The notes under the pieces are model-generated. The model was not told the origin of the DNA. It did not search any database and saw only the letters and a list, made by a program, of their open reading frames with translations. From positions 3,806,231 through 3,870,230 of the forward strand of contig NC_134033.1 in assembly GCF_964204645.1 (NCBI RefSeq): a DNA stretch of 64,000 nt, given 5' to 3'. The DNA comes from Tubulanus polymorphus. Taxonomy: Eukaryota; Animalia; Nemertea. Each line of letters begins with the position of its first letter. The stretch's first letter is position 1. A program made the position numbers and the translations under genes. Of this stretch, positions 52,772 to 64,000 are shown piece by piece.

Positions 52772-54233
52772 AGCTCGCTCAGAAACACGTGTCGCTTTCT
52801 GGGTTTAACAATCTAACTAATAATGATCAAAAAATGACACATGAAACTAATGTTAATGCTGATTGTTTTTCGTCTGACTCTACTATTACCAATGATAGTT
52901 TTCTTAATGATGTTTTGAGTGGTCAGTCGCAAACTGTCCCACAGGAATCTGGCCATGTCGTGTTTTTGTCATCGAACGATGATTTTGTAAAACGAACTTC
53001 TGAGGGTGTTATTGCTTCTAATGGTAGTTTTTCTAATAGTTTTACCGAAGAATGTAGTTTTAATGTTTTACCGTCAGATTCCAGTGTTACAGGAAAGACA
53101 GACCCATTGATTAAAGCTGATGTTTGTTTGCCTCATCAAATTGTGAAAAGTAGAGTCAGTCGGAAAGATACTATGCACCATAAATCCACCCATGAGCGTT
53201 GTCACAGCAATAAAAATTATCTAGGCCGCTGTCACAACAAATTGCCAACCCAACAGCCGACGGAGACCGACAATAAGTCTAATTCTGAACTTCATCCTCC
53301 GTCGAGTCAATTTCCAATAGTTCTTGCTTCGATAGGTAACATGGTTTATTCGAAGGTCAATGGTTCTCAGGTTGGTACTCTTATTGACAGTGGTGCTGCT
53401 ATTTCGGTTATCAATAAGCGATTTTTGGATCATAACCCAGGTCTTCAGGCACTTCCTATCCAAAGCAGTGACTACGCCTATGCAAATACAGCAAACGGCG
53501 GTAAATTATCTATTTTAGGTCGCATTAATTTACCTATCTTGATTGGAGAAGTCAGTGTGTCTCATCCGGTTTACATTGCTGATCCGTTGGAGTATGAACT
53601 CATTCTCGGTATAGATTTTATGATGCTGAATGGTGCTATTCTCGATTATAGTCAGGGTACTTTATGCATTCAAGGTAGCAAGCCTATCAAACTCCGGCGA
53701 CAGGTACCATTGAATGGAGCAAAAGCCGTCTGCACAGTAAACAATATTAGCATCCCTCCTATGTCCCAACAACTAATTTATGCAAACGTGCACGGAAAAA
53801 TAAAGAACGGTACTACAGCCCTCATTGAACCATCTCCTGTGTTACCTCTACACACAGATGGCCTCATTGCAGGGAGAGCAGTAGTCACTGTCACTGATGG
53901 CAAGGTACCTGTCCCAGTTATTGTTTCCTCTGTTACTAAGTCCTCGTCTACAGAAATGGCAGTTGCACACATTCATACCATCTCACATCTTGGTAGTATC
54001 TCAGCGCTTTCCGGAGGTAAACGTTTTCCTCAACAGAAACCTATAACCCCAACTCCGCTTATTACCACACAACCAACACCTATCTCTGATACTATAGATT
54101 CTAACCAAGCTCTAGACGATAATCAAAAGCACCAACTACAAAATCTTTTACACCGATACTCGGATATATTCGCTAGCAAAAACTCGGATTTAGGCAAAAC
54201 CTCGATAGTCAAACATGAAATTCATGTTAACAA
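52744..54233 (+). CDS. pol: pol of the outer element, N-part (aspartic protease)
   Basis: LIDSGAAIS and LILGIDF motifs; ends at KHEIHVN at the nested insertion. Confidence 0.85.
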
Positions 54234-57200
54234 TGTTACCCAGTTGTGTTACCCAGTTATTGAATAGTTATGGTATGTATAGTGTTTATACGGTATACTG
54301 ACTTCAGTCTGTTATAAGTGTGAATGATTCAGTGTACTTTATACTTGACTTACCCCTATAAACTGTACCTATATAAATATCTGTTGACTGACCACAGAGA
54401 GTCCCAGCCACAGTACTTTAATAAATGTACGTGCTTTGTAATATTATACGTCTGGAGTCGTCGTTAGTTTTATGGGTTTTAGTTCGACCCTGGAGCTTGG
54501 ATCCGAAAAAGAATTGGGTATTTCGGCCCTGGAGTTTCATCCGTAACAGAAATTTGGGGCTCGTCCGGGAGCCACGGACTTTGAAGACGACTTTTTGCAC
54601 ATTTGGACGTGTTTGTGGCAGAACCAATGAAACGAGGAAAAGTTTTTGCAGTACTTCTGTTGTTATCTGTGCTGTTTTATAAAGGTACTGTACCGTTTCA
54701 TATTTGGTATCGTTTTGGGCTCGTAGATATGTTGCCCTCTGTGGAATCGTTTATTGATTCGCCAAGTAGCGAACAAATTGAGACTCTACGTAAAAGTGAA
54801 TTAGTTCAGCTTGCTGAGCATTATAACGTCTCATTTAGAAAATCACAGAAAAAGGAACATATTAAACTCTGTATTATAGAACATTGCGTCAAATCTGGTC
54901 TTTTAAGCGACGTTGAAATGCAGCAGGCGATTCCTGAGAAGACAGAAAATGAGGCCGGAGAAACGGAAGCTACATTAATTCGTAGAATGGAGCTCGAGTT
55001 CGAAGCGAAGGAACGAGAACGAGAACGCAAACACCAATTAGAAATCAAACGTCTTGAGAGTGAACATCAGCTGCGCTTTTTGGAGTTGGAGTCACGTGCT
55101 CCGCAAGGCTTTCCGGCACATAGGAATGAGTTCGATGTCACTCGTCACATACGTCTAGTACCGAAATTTCAAGAAGCTGAAATAGATAAGTACTTTTTAC
55201 ATTTTGAGAAAGTAGCCAATAATCTAAAGTGGCCTAGAGAGTGTTGGACATTGCTACTCCAAAGTGTTTTGATTGGAAAAGCTCAAGAAGCATATTCATC
55301 TCTCTATGCCGAAGAAAGTGCTGACTATGATATAGTTAAGACTGCTATATTAAAAGCTTACGAACTTGTACCGGAAGCTTATAGACAGAAGTTTCGTAAT
55401 CGAAAAAAATCTCCCAATGAAACATATGTTGAGTTTGCCAGAGAAAAGGAAACGTTATTTAGTCGTTGGTGTGATTCAAAAGATGTAAAAGACTATGATT
55501 CTTTGAAACAATTGTTGTTAGTAGAGGAATTTAAACAATGTATTAATAGTGATATTAGAACATATGTCGATGAACAGAAAATAGATAGTTTGTCAAAAGC
55601 TGCCAGCTCTGCTGATGATTATGCTCTGACACACAAAATCAGCTTTGAGTCAAGTTCTGCTAGTAATTTTCCGGCTTCGGATTCTCGAAATGTGTCAAAA
55701 TTTCAAAGAAATTTCAATAATCATAGTAATACGCAAAATTGGACTCAGAGTAGAAGAAATAAAGGTATTTGGTGCAATTACTGTAAAAAATCCGGTCATA
55801 CTCTAAGTACATGTTTTTCTCTTCAGAAAAAGAATGAGAGGGGAGAGAACCAGAGATCAGAGACAAAACCGATCGGTCTTACAGCAACTCAACGTATTAA
55901 ATCCAACCCTGCAGTTCAACCATTGTATAGCAAGAGTTATAATCCATTTATAGTAGACGCTTTATTGTCATTCGAAAGTACCGATGAACCAGTGAGTATT
56001 AAATTACTTCGCGATACGGGTGCCTCTCAAACTTTAATGTTGGAGAGTCTTTTACCGTTATCTGGTAGTACTTTTATCGGTGAACATGTTCTCATTAGAG
56101 GAGTAGGTTCGGAAATTATCAAAGTTCCACTCCACAGAGTTTATCTGGATTCTGATTTAGTTCGCGGTTCTGTAGTTGTGGGCGTTCAGTCGTCACTACC
56201 TATTTTGGGTGTATCTATGCTCCTCGGTAATGACTTGGCTGGTGGTAGAGTACACATTAACCCTTTAGTCACTACAGATCCTCTACTTAATGTAGATACT
56301 GAAAGTTTAGAGAAAACATATCCTGGAATTTTCCCATCATGTGTAACTACTAGGGCTATGTCGCGATGTGCTGATAAGATAATGGGATCTAAGCCCTGTT
56401 TAGAAAACAAAGAGTTTTCTAATGAAATGGTAGATTTAAGTGATTCGTTTCTTGGTCGAATTTTTGACGAAACGTCTACCGGTTTCATTTCATCTAATAA
56501 AGATGTATCATCAAGGTCAAACCTTATTGATTTGCAGAATGTCGAACCAGAGTTCAAGACATTTTTAAATTCTGCTTCCGATTCAATTGAATCATTAACT
56601 GGTACTCCTTCTGGATATTATTTTCAGTCTGGAGTGTTGATGCGTAAATGGCGACCTCCAGATGTTCCAGCAAGTAATGAATGGAAAGTTTATCATCAGA
56701 TAGTTGTTCCAACACCATATCGGAATGATATTTTAAGTTTAGCTCATGAAACTTCGCTTGCTGGTCATCTGGGAGTCACCAAGACTTACAACAAAGTCTT
56801 AAATCATTTTTTCTGGCCTGGTTTAAAGCGTGATGTTCAAAATTTTTGTGCATCCTGTCGACCATGCCAGGAGTCTGGTAAGCCTAACCAGATAATACCC
56901 CCTGCACCTCTTATTCCGATTCCAGCGTTCGGGGAGCCGTTTGCAGAGGTTATTTGCGATTGTGTAGGTCCATTACCGAAAACTAAATCAGGGTTTCAGT
57001 ATTTGTTGACAATAATGTGTAAAGCAACACGTTTCGCTGAAGCTATACCGTTAAGGAATATAACTGCACCACTTATCTGCAAAGCATTGGTTAAATTTTT
57101 TACGCTGTTTGGGTTACCGACATCGGTGCAGTCTGATCAAGGTTCGAACTTCGTATCCAATATATTCCAACAGGTTATGTATCAGTTAGGAATTAAACAA

Positions 57201-59803
57201 AATATTTCTAGCGCTTACCACCCTGAATCTCAGGGAGCTCTTGAACGTTTCCATCAGACCCTCAAAACAATGCTTCGAACATATAGTACACAACATGAGA
57301 AAGATTGGGATGAGGCAGTACCATTTCTACTTTTTGCTATGAGAGAAGCAGTTCAAGAATCCCTGGGATTTAGCCCTTTTGAGTTGGTATTTGGTCACCA
57401 GGTTAGAGGTCCATTAAAACTAATTAAAGAAAGATGGCTTGATAAAACTGATGAAATTAATTTGTTAACATATATTTCCAATTTCAAAGAACGGTTGTAT
57501 TCTGCATGGGAATGTGCTCGTATGCACCTAAAGCAAGCACAGGGACGTATGAAAACCTGGTATGACAAAAAAGCTCGTAATAGAGAGTTCAAAAAAGATG
57601 ATAAAGTTTTGGTGTTATTTCCATTGAAAGGTCATCCGTTTAAAGCTAAATTTCATGGTCCGTATGTAGTGCAAGAAAAAGTGAACGATGTGAATTATAT
57701 TGTTTCAACGCCTGACCGTAGAAAAGCTACTCAATTATGCCATGTTAATATGTTGAAACGTTACATAGATCGTCCACAGTCTCTCGGTATGATTTCAATT
57801 GCTGAAAATAATTCTAATGAAATATGTATTTCAAATTATATTGAAGATCCATTGCATCTAGAATCTGATTTCGATAGTTCTAAATTAGTTCCTATTGCAC
57901 CTGGTTTCAATAACAGCAAGGCAATAAACAATATAGATGAAAAAGTTTGTCATTTGGGTTCAAAAGAAAAAGATCAATTATTGCAACTTATTAACGACAA
58001 TAAGCATCTTTTTACAGATCAACCTGGTCTAACATCTTGGGCATCTCATGATGTCGATGTTGGGGATGCTACTCCTATCAAACAGCATCATTATAGAGTG
58101 AACCCACAAAAAGGTGAAATTATGAAACAGGAGGTTATTTCTATGATTAAAATGGCCGTAGCTGAGCCTAGTGAAAGTGAGTGGAGTTCTCCCTGCTTGC
58201 TAGTACCCAAACCTGGAGGTAAGTGGCGTTTTGTAACTGACTTTAGAAAAGTCAATGCTGTGACTAAGTCTGATAGTTACCCAATGCCACGAGTCGACGA
58301 TCTTATTGATCGCATTGGCCGAGCCAAATATGTCAGTAAATTCGACCTAACAAAAGGGTACTGGCAGGTACCTCTTTCTGAAAGAGCTAAAGAAATAAGC
58401 GCTTTTGTGACCCCTGACGGATTATTTCAATATCGTGTAATGCCTTTTGGCATGAAGAATTCTGCCCCCACCTTTCAGCGGTTAATGAACAAAGTAGTGC
58501 GCGGGCTAGTATGTGTTGTAGTATATTTGGATGATATCATTGTTTTTTCCGACACTTGGGAAGAACATCTACAACAAATAAAAGATCTGTTTCATAATCT
58601 CACCGAAGCTAATTTAACTGTTAATTTAGAAAAAAGCGAATTTGGTAAGGCCACAGTTAAATATCTAGGCCATATAGTGGGACAAGGTCAAGTACGCCCC
58701 ATAGATGCAAAAGTCAAAGCTATAATTGAGTATTCACCACCTTCTAACAAGCGTGACATCATGCGTTTTTTAGGAATGGCGGGATACTATAGAAAGTTTT
58801 GTAAAAATTTCGCACAAGTCACTGTTCCTTTGACCGAGTTGCTGAAAAAGGATGCAAAATTTGACTGGAGTGAAACTTGTGAGAAATCTTTTCAATCGGT
58901 AAAACATTTGTTGATGTCAACTCCTATTCTCGCAGCTCCAAATTTCGATAAACAATTCAAGCTTACTGTTGACGCCAGTGATTCGGGTGCTGGCGCAGTT
59001 TTAGCTCAAGATGATGATGACGGTTTAGAACATCCTTTGTGTTTCTTTTCAAAGAAGTTTGTAGCTGCGCAGAAAAATTACTCGACAATTGAGAAAGAAT
59101 GTCTGTCTATAATCTTAGCTTTGGAACATTTTGATGTTTATACAAGTATGAAAATCTTTCCAGTAGTTATATTTACAGATCACAATCCATTAACTTTCTT
59201 GTACAAGATGCAGAACAAGAATAAGCGTCTCATGGCTTGGAGTGTGATATTGCAGTCGTATGACTTAGACATAAGACACATTAAAGGACGCTGTAATGTG
59301 GTTTCAGATGCCCTTTCGCGCTCATAATATCATGTAATAATTAATGTGTAATGTATTGTTGAAATATTCCGAATTGTTATGATCTGAAGATTAAATATGT
59401 GTTTGTTTGTATTTTTGTCGAATTTTGTAGAATGTATGTACATGTATTTTTTCTAGAAATACATCTCTGAATCTTTTAAGGGTGAGGGTGTTACCCAGTT
59501 GTGTTACCCAGTTATTGAATAGTTATGGTATGTATAGTGTTTATACGGTATACTGACTTCAGTCTGTTATAAGTGTGAATGATTCAGTGTACTTTATACT
59601 TGACTTACCCCTATAAACTGTACCTATATAAATATCTGTTGACTGACCACAGAGAGTCCCAGCCACAGTACTTTAATAAATGTACGTGCTTTGTAATATT
59701 ATACGTCTGGAGTCGTCGTTAGTTTTATGGGTTTTAGTTCGACCCTGGAGCTTGGATCCGAAAAAGAATTGGGTATTTCGGCCCTGGAGTTTCATCCGTA
59801 ACA
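54234..59803 (+). mobile_element. Gmr1-type Gypsy LTR retrotransposon (inner element), intact
   Basis: 315-bp LTRs at 54234-54548 and 59489-59803 with no difference seen by eye. ACAA target-site duplication (54230-54233 and 59804-59807), tRNA-Pro PBS TGGGGCTCGTCCGGGA, PPT AAGGGTGAGGG. Confidence 0.95.
54603..59327 (+). CDS. Gag-Pol polyprotein in order Gag/CCHC-PR-INT-RT-RNase H
   Basis: CNYCKKSGHTLSTC; LRDTGASQT; integrase H..GH..C..C, DCVGPLP, SDQGSNF, LERFH; then RT YLDD and RNase H DASDSG, TDHNPL. The real ATG is probably at 54628 or 54729. Confidence 0.93.
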   Translation: MDVFVAEPMKRGKVFAVLLLLSVLFYKGTVPFHIWYRFGLVDMLPSVESFIDSPSSEQIETLRKSELVQLAEHYNVSFRKSQKKEHIKLCIIEHCVKSGLLSDVEMQQAIPEKTENEAGETEATLIRRMELEFEAKERERERKHQLEIKRLESEHQLRFLELESRAPQGFPAHRNEFDVTRHIRLVPKFQEAEIDKYFLHFEKVANNLKWPRECWTLLLQSVLIGKAQEAYSSLYAEESADYDIVKTAILKAYELVPEAYRQKFRNRKKSPNETYVEFAREKETLFSRWCDSKDVKDYDSLKQLLLVEEFKQCINSDIRTYVDEQKIDSLSKAASSADDYALTHKISFESSSASNFPASDSRNVSKFQRNFNNHSNTQNWTQSRRNKGIWCNYCKKSGHTLSTCFSLQKKNERGENQRSETKPIGLTATQRIKSNPAVQPLYSKSYNPFIVDALLSFESTDEPVSIKLLRDTGASQTLMLESLLPLSGSTFIGEHVLIRGVGSEIIKVPLHRVYLDSDLVRGSVVVGVQSSLPILGVSMLLGNDLAGGRVHINPLVTTDPLLNVDTESLEKTYPGIFPSCVTTRAMSRCADKIMGSKPCLENKEFSNEMVDLSDSFLGRIFDETSTGFISSNKDVSSRSNLIDLQNVEPEFKTFLNSASDSIESLTGTPSGYYFQSGVLMRKWRPPDVPASNEWKVYHQIVVPTPYRNDILSLAHETSLAGHLGVTKTYNKVLNHFFWPGLKRDVQNFCASCRPCQESGKPNQIIPPAPLIPIPAFGEPFAEVICDCVGPLPKTKSGFQYLLTIMCKATRFAEAIPLRNITAPLICKALVKFFTLFGLPTSVQSDQGSNFVSNIFQQVMYQLGIKQNISSAYHPESQGALERFHQTLKTMLRTYSTQHEKDWDEAVPFLLFAMREAVQESLGFSPFELVFGHQVRGPLKLIKERWLDKTDEINLLTYISNFKERLYSAWECARMHLKQAQGRMKTWYDKKARNREFKKDDKVLVLFPLKGHPFKAKFHGPYVVQEKVNDVNYIVSTPDRRKATQLCHVNMLKRYIDRPQSLGMISIAENNSNEICISNYIEDPLHLESDFDSSKLVPIAPGFNNSKAINNIDEKVCHLGSKEKDQLLQLINDNKHLFTDQPGLTSWASHDVDVGDATPIKQHHYRVNPQKGEIMKQEVISMIKMAVAEPSESEWSSPCLLVPKPGGKWRFVTDFRKVNAVTKSDSYPMPRVDDLIDRIGRAKYVSKFDLTKGYWQVPLSERAKEISAFVTPDGLFQYRVMPFGMKNSAPTFQRLMNKVVRGLVCVVVYLDDIIVFSDTWEEHLQQIKDLFHNLTEANLTVNLEKSEFGKATVKYLGHIVGQGQVRPIDAKVKAIIEYSPPSNKRDIMRFLGMAGYYRKFCKNFAQVTVPLTELLKKDAKFDWSETCEKSFQSVKHLLMSTPILAAPNFDKQFKLTVDASDSGAGAVLAQDDDDGLEHPLCFFSKKFVAAQKNYSTIEKECLSIILALEHFDVYTSMKIFPVVIFTDHNPLTFLYKMQNKNKRLMAWSVILQSYDLDIRHIKGRCNVVSDALSRS

Positions 59804-62739
59804 ACAACCATCCACCAATAAAGCACAGCCCTTATCGTAAATCGCCTCCAATGAGGAAAATTGAGCAGGAATTAGTATCAGAGATGTTGGAAGCAAATAT
59901 TATCAGGCCTAGCAATAGCGCATGGGCATCACCAACGGTTTTGATTCCTAAACCCGACGGTACATATAGGTTTTGCGTTGATTACAGAAAATTGAACAAC
60001 GCAACCGTAAAGGATTCCTATCCTATCCCTAGGATCGATGATACCTTGGATTCATTGGGCCAGAAAAAGGCAAAATATTTCACTACGCTCGATTTGATGT
60101 CCGGATATTGGAACATTGAGATGCATGAAAATTCTAAGGACAAAACGGCATTTGTAACTCATTCTGGTCTATATGAATTTAACAAGTTAAGCTTCGGTCT
60201 GTGCAATGCCCCTAGTACTTTTCAGCGTTTGATGGAAACCCTGCTCCGGACACAACAGTGGGAAATTTGTTTAATTTATTTAGATGACGTAATCATATTT
60301 TCTCCAACATTTGAGCAACATTTATTGGACATTGAATCAATCTTTCGGAAAATGCGGGCAGCTGGATTGAAACTCAAAATTTCAAAATGCAAATTCGCCC
60401 AATTCTCAGTTAAATATCTAGGTCATATTGTATCTGCAGATGGTATTAGGCCCGATCCCTCAAAAACTGCTATTATTAATAATTACCCTGTTCCTCGGAC
60501 ACTCTCCGAGCTACGTACATTTATGGGAATCTGTACATACTATCGCCGTTTTGTAAATAATTTTGCCAAAATTGCCGTGCCCTTATATCGGCTCACGAAA
60601 AAGGACGTTCCTTTTGATTTCAATTTCGAGTGTGTATCTGCTTTTAATCGCTTGAAAGAGGCCTTGATGAAGGAACCAGTTTTAGCTTTTCCCCGGTTTG
60701 ATATCCCTTTTTCTATACATACTGATGCAAGTAATACTGGAATTGGCATGGTCCTTTCACAAACAATAGATGGCGAAGAACACCCCATATGTTTTGACGG
60801 CAGACCTTTAAATAAAGCAGAGTTGAACTATTCAACTACAGAAAAAGAATGCCTCGCTATTGTTCAAGGAATTCGTAAATTCAGACCCTATATACATGGC
60901 AATCGTTTCGAGATAATTACAGACCACCACGCCCTCTCATGGCTCAGGAGTAACAAAAATGCTCCTGGTCGAATCGGGCGTTGGGCTCTGGAATTACAGG
61001 ATCTGGACTTTACGGTCACATACCGCAAAGGAAAAATCCACAACAATGCAGACACCCTTTCACGCTGTCCTTTCAACTCTGTTTGCACCATATCATTATA
61101 TAACGAGGTCTCCTTAAAACAACCGGGTCGTAACGCACTGTCCGATTCTGATCATTGCAGTTTCACTGAGGTCTGTACAATTTGTGATCCGATTGTCGAC
61201 GTAACGGATATTCGGAGACAACAAGAAAAAGATGATTGGGCGGGAAAAATGTTATCGTATCTCGAGTCAAAAACCCTCCCCATCGATGAGAAAGAGGCTC
61301 GAGATATCGCCCTCCATTCTGACCATTATTTTGTCGGCAATGGAAAGCTGCTCTATCATGTGTGGAACCACAAAAAGACCAAGGAGCCAAAGGCTATTCA
61401 ACTGTACCTTCCTGAGACCCTTATTCCGGATGTACTCACTGCATGTCACGATTCATCAATTGGTGGTCATTATTGTTTCAAGAAAACCTTGGGTGTCATT
61501 CAAAAACGATATTTCTGGTTAGGAATGACACGGGATATATGCAATTGGATTGAAACGTGCAGTGAGTGCAACAGCAAGAAGGTTCCCACTAGGTCCACGC
61601 AGCCACCACTCGTCCCTATGCCCATCGCCGAAAGACCTTTTGACCGATTAGGGGTTGATTGTGTCGGTCCGCTTCCAGAGACGTCATCAGGTCAAAAGTA
61701 TATCGTCGTTTTCATGGATTATCTAACTCATTGGCCCGAAGCTTTCGCAACGAAATCCATCGAAGCCCCAGAGGTTGCAAATCTCCTATTTAACGAGATT
61801 CTTTGCAGGCATGGATGTCCACGAGTTTTGCATTCTGACCGAGGCACCAATTTTCTATCTGAAGTGGTTAAATCTGTTTGTAAACAAATGGGTACATCTC
61901 AAACCCATACTAGCAGTTTTCATCCCCAATGTGATGGTCTTGTGGAAAAGTTTAATGGTACACTGGTTACTCGGCTAGCATTTCAGGCTAATGTCCGTCA
62001 GACCGACTGGGACAAATTTATACCGGCAGCTTTATTTTCCTATCGAGTTAGCCCCAGTATGTCTACAAAAAGTTCGCCGTTCCAGATGCTCTATGGCCGT
62101 AAACCAGTCCTACCTATCGATTCAGCCCTCTTACTCCCAGCTTCTAAACTCGTAGCGCACAGCCATGAAGAATATTTACAGACCTTACAACAAAAATTCC
62201 AATTAATCCACACAGAAGCCATTGCTAACCAACTTACTAGTCAGGATAAAATGAAAGTCCAGTATGACAAGAAATCACGTGATATCAGTTTTGAAATTGG
62301 CGAAAAAGTTTATTTGTATAAGCCTAAGATCAGTCGTAACGGCCTATCTAAAAAGTTAATGCACCCCTACACGGGACCGTACATTATACATGATAAAATT
62401 CCAGCCGGAAATTTAAAACCCGTTACGTATAAGTTACAAACATTGGACGGTAAACTCTTGTCATCGTCTGAGCATGCCAGTAAATTAAAGAAATTTTTAG
62501 GGCCTGAGTCAAGACTGATAAAAGATCATCCTAAACCTGCAACACTGGAACCAGATCAGTTTCTCGTGGAGAAAATACTAGCAAAAAGGAGTTATGCCAA
62601 GAAAACATACTATCTGATTCGCTGGCTGGGCTTTCCTCCGTCAGAAGATAGTTGGGAACCAGAAGAAAACATCGATGACCCCAACCTCATCAGGCAATTT
62701 AATGCTACTCACAATCCGCGGGCTCGATATATTCATTAG
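59804..62739 (+). CDS. pol: pol of the outer element, C-part (RT, RNase H, integrase, chromodomain)
   Basis: YLDD, TDAS, HHCC, DCVGPLP, SDRGTNF, GPY and chromodomain FLVEKILAKR..YYLIRWLGFPPSEDSWEPEENI. It rejoins the N-part in frame (HVN|NHPPIK) when the inner element and one ACAA are removed. Confidence 0.93.
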
Positions 62740-63292
62740 CTCTTTGTTTCGATATACTGTTCCGTTGAATTACACAACAACGCCCAGCTCGGACAAATCT
62801 ACTCACGATCTGTTAATAGAGATAATTAAGACCGATCATTTCATCCTTGCATTTTCAATTGTATTATTTTTATTCGTAATAAGAACTGTTGCTTGCGACA
62901 TAGCAAAATGTGTCGTGACGGTAAAAAGGCTTTGCAAAATCAAATTATTCGCGCATGGTACCGAGATAGTCTTACGAGCATCAAATATGGACCAACAAGT
63001 GCATGTGAAATTACAAACCTTGCCTGGTTGTGTCCATAGTTATAAGTTAGTCGGAGAAACTGCGCCAATCGAAATAAGTAATGTCGTCTATTGCCCACGT
63101 CCGAAGATCGATTGTAACTGGGGAAGTCTACGCGTCGTTCACGTGGAATCGGATCTAGAAATGGAGCTCCCACGACAAATACCCGTTTCCTGGATACAAG
63201 CGCTATCGTTTCGGTCCTTGACGGCCACACCAAAAATGGACGTTCAATTAGACATACGCGACATTAATACACGAGATATACAAGTGGTGTGA
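62675..63292 (+). CDS. Additional ORF3 of the outer element with a TM segment (env-like remnant?)
   Basis: 205-aa ORF between pol and the PPT, with hydrophobic FILAFSIVLFLFVI followed by a ~130-aa domain. Confidence 0.5.
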   Translation: MTPTSSGNLMLLTIRGLDIFISSLFRYTVPLNYTTTPSSDKSTHDLLIEIIKTDHFILAFSIVLFLFVIRTVACDIAKCVVTVKRLCKIKLFAHGTEIVLRASNMDQQVHVKLQTLPGCVHSYKLVGETAPIEISNVVYCPRPKIDCNWGSLRVVHVESDLEMELPRQIPVSWIQALSFRSLTATPKMDVQLDIRDINTRDIQVV

Positions 63293-63889
63293 CCGCGGTT
63301 TCAGTTATTTTTAATCACGCCATATTCAACTTACATATTATACGTTTTGTATTTTCATATTTTTCTTCTTATTGTGTATCATTAATAATTTTTTTTGTTT
63401 CCTCGTAATCGGTTATTGTAACTTTAATAGTGTATGATTGGTAAAATTCAGTTTTAATTTAATAAAGGATATTCAATCTAGTATCGATCACCAGCCGTAA
63501 GTGGATGTAGAGGTTATGGACGTGAACGGCGAGAGTATAGGAATCGTTGAAAGGCATTTGGTATCAGTTATACTGGGTTATATTTTATTTATGCATTATT
63601 CTATTTGTTGATAATCTATGATAATTGTAATTTACTTATTTCGTTAATTTACTTCATCCGTCTTTGGGTACTCAGTTTCTTTTATATTTGGCATATTCGT
63701 TATCTTTATCTACATATGTATTTTATATTATTACCTTTTTTTGTTTATGTAAATTGTTTTTTTTTTTGTATTTAAAATTCTTTTTTTAACCACCCTTTCC
63801 TCAACTATAAAACTTGTATAATGCTTTCATTTTAATGTAATTTTTTTATTTGTAAGTTCGAGTCGAACTTTTAAGAAAGGGGAGGGCTA

Positions 63890-64000
63890 TGTTAGGCATA
63901 AGCCGTATTTACTATATATTTGTTAAGCTTCTTATAGTCTTAGTATTATAGTCATGGAGATGGTCAAACAGATTATGCGCGATTAGCATGATCAGGCAGT
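63890..64000 (+). repeat. 3' LTR of the outer Gypsy element (truncated by the window end)
   Basis: Matches 50497-50607. Confidence 0.92.

Larger units (their letters stand above)
50497..64000 (+). mobile_element. Gypsy LTR retrotransposon with chromodomain integrase and extra ORF (outer element)
   Basis: 5' LTR 50497-50829 (TG..CA), PBS TGGTGGAGAA (tRNA-Ala-like), gag-pol, PPT AAGAAAGGGGAGGG at 63873-63886. The 3' LTR starts at 63890 and matches the 5' LTR over the 111 nt visible. Confidence 0.93.

Noticed and set aside
59680-59803. N-terminal extension MYVLCNII... of the 1019-aa ORF
   Set aside because: It is LTR sequence of the nested element fortuitously in frame with the outer pol.

Overview
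AT-rich, intron-containing animal genomic DNA, most likely an invertebrate (lophotrochozoan-like; this is inference). Positions 1-39.6 kb hold a minus-strand tandem array of four ~1,940-aa, three-exon GRL101/LGR-type GPCR genes. Their architecture is signal peptide, CUB/CUB-like region, C-type lectin, ~7 LDLa, LRR and class-A 7TM. Copy 1 is cut by the window edge and copy 4 has a nonsense codon. The copies are nearly identical in LDLa/LRR/7TM but differ in discrete hypervariable loops of the distal ectodomain, and each has a stray TM3-TM4 fragment upstream of its start. Between copies lie a tRNA-Glu(TTC), a compact two-exon TRPV-like channel gene, a Penelope-type LTR relic with a minimal hammerhead ribozyme, a MITE, a LINE fragment and simple repeats. 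Positions 43-64 kb are a four-layer nest. A PAN/C-type-lectin host gene is broken by a decaying Polinton/Maverick (adintovirus-like) element carrying a packaging ATPase, integrase-chromodomain, HNH nuclease and major capsid protein. Its capsid gene is broken by a chromodomain Gypsy element with an extra TM ORF, whose pol is in turn broken by an intact Gmr1-type Gypsy element with apparently identical LTRs.
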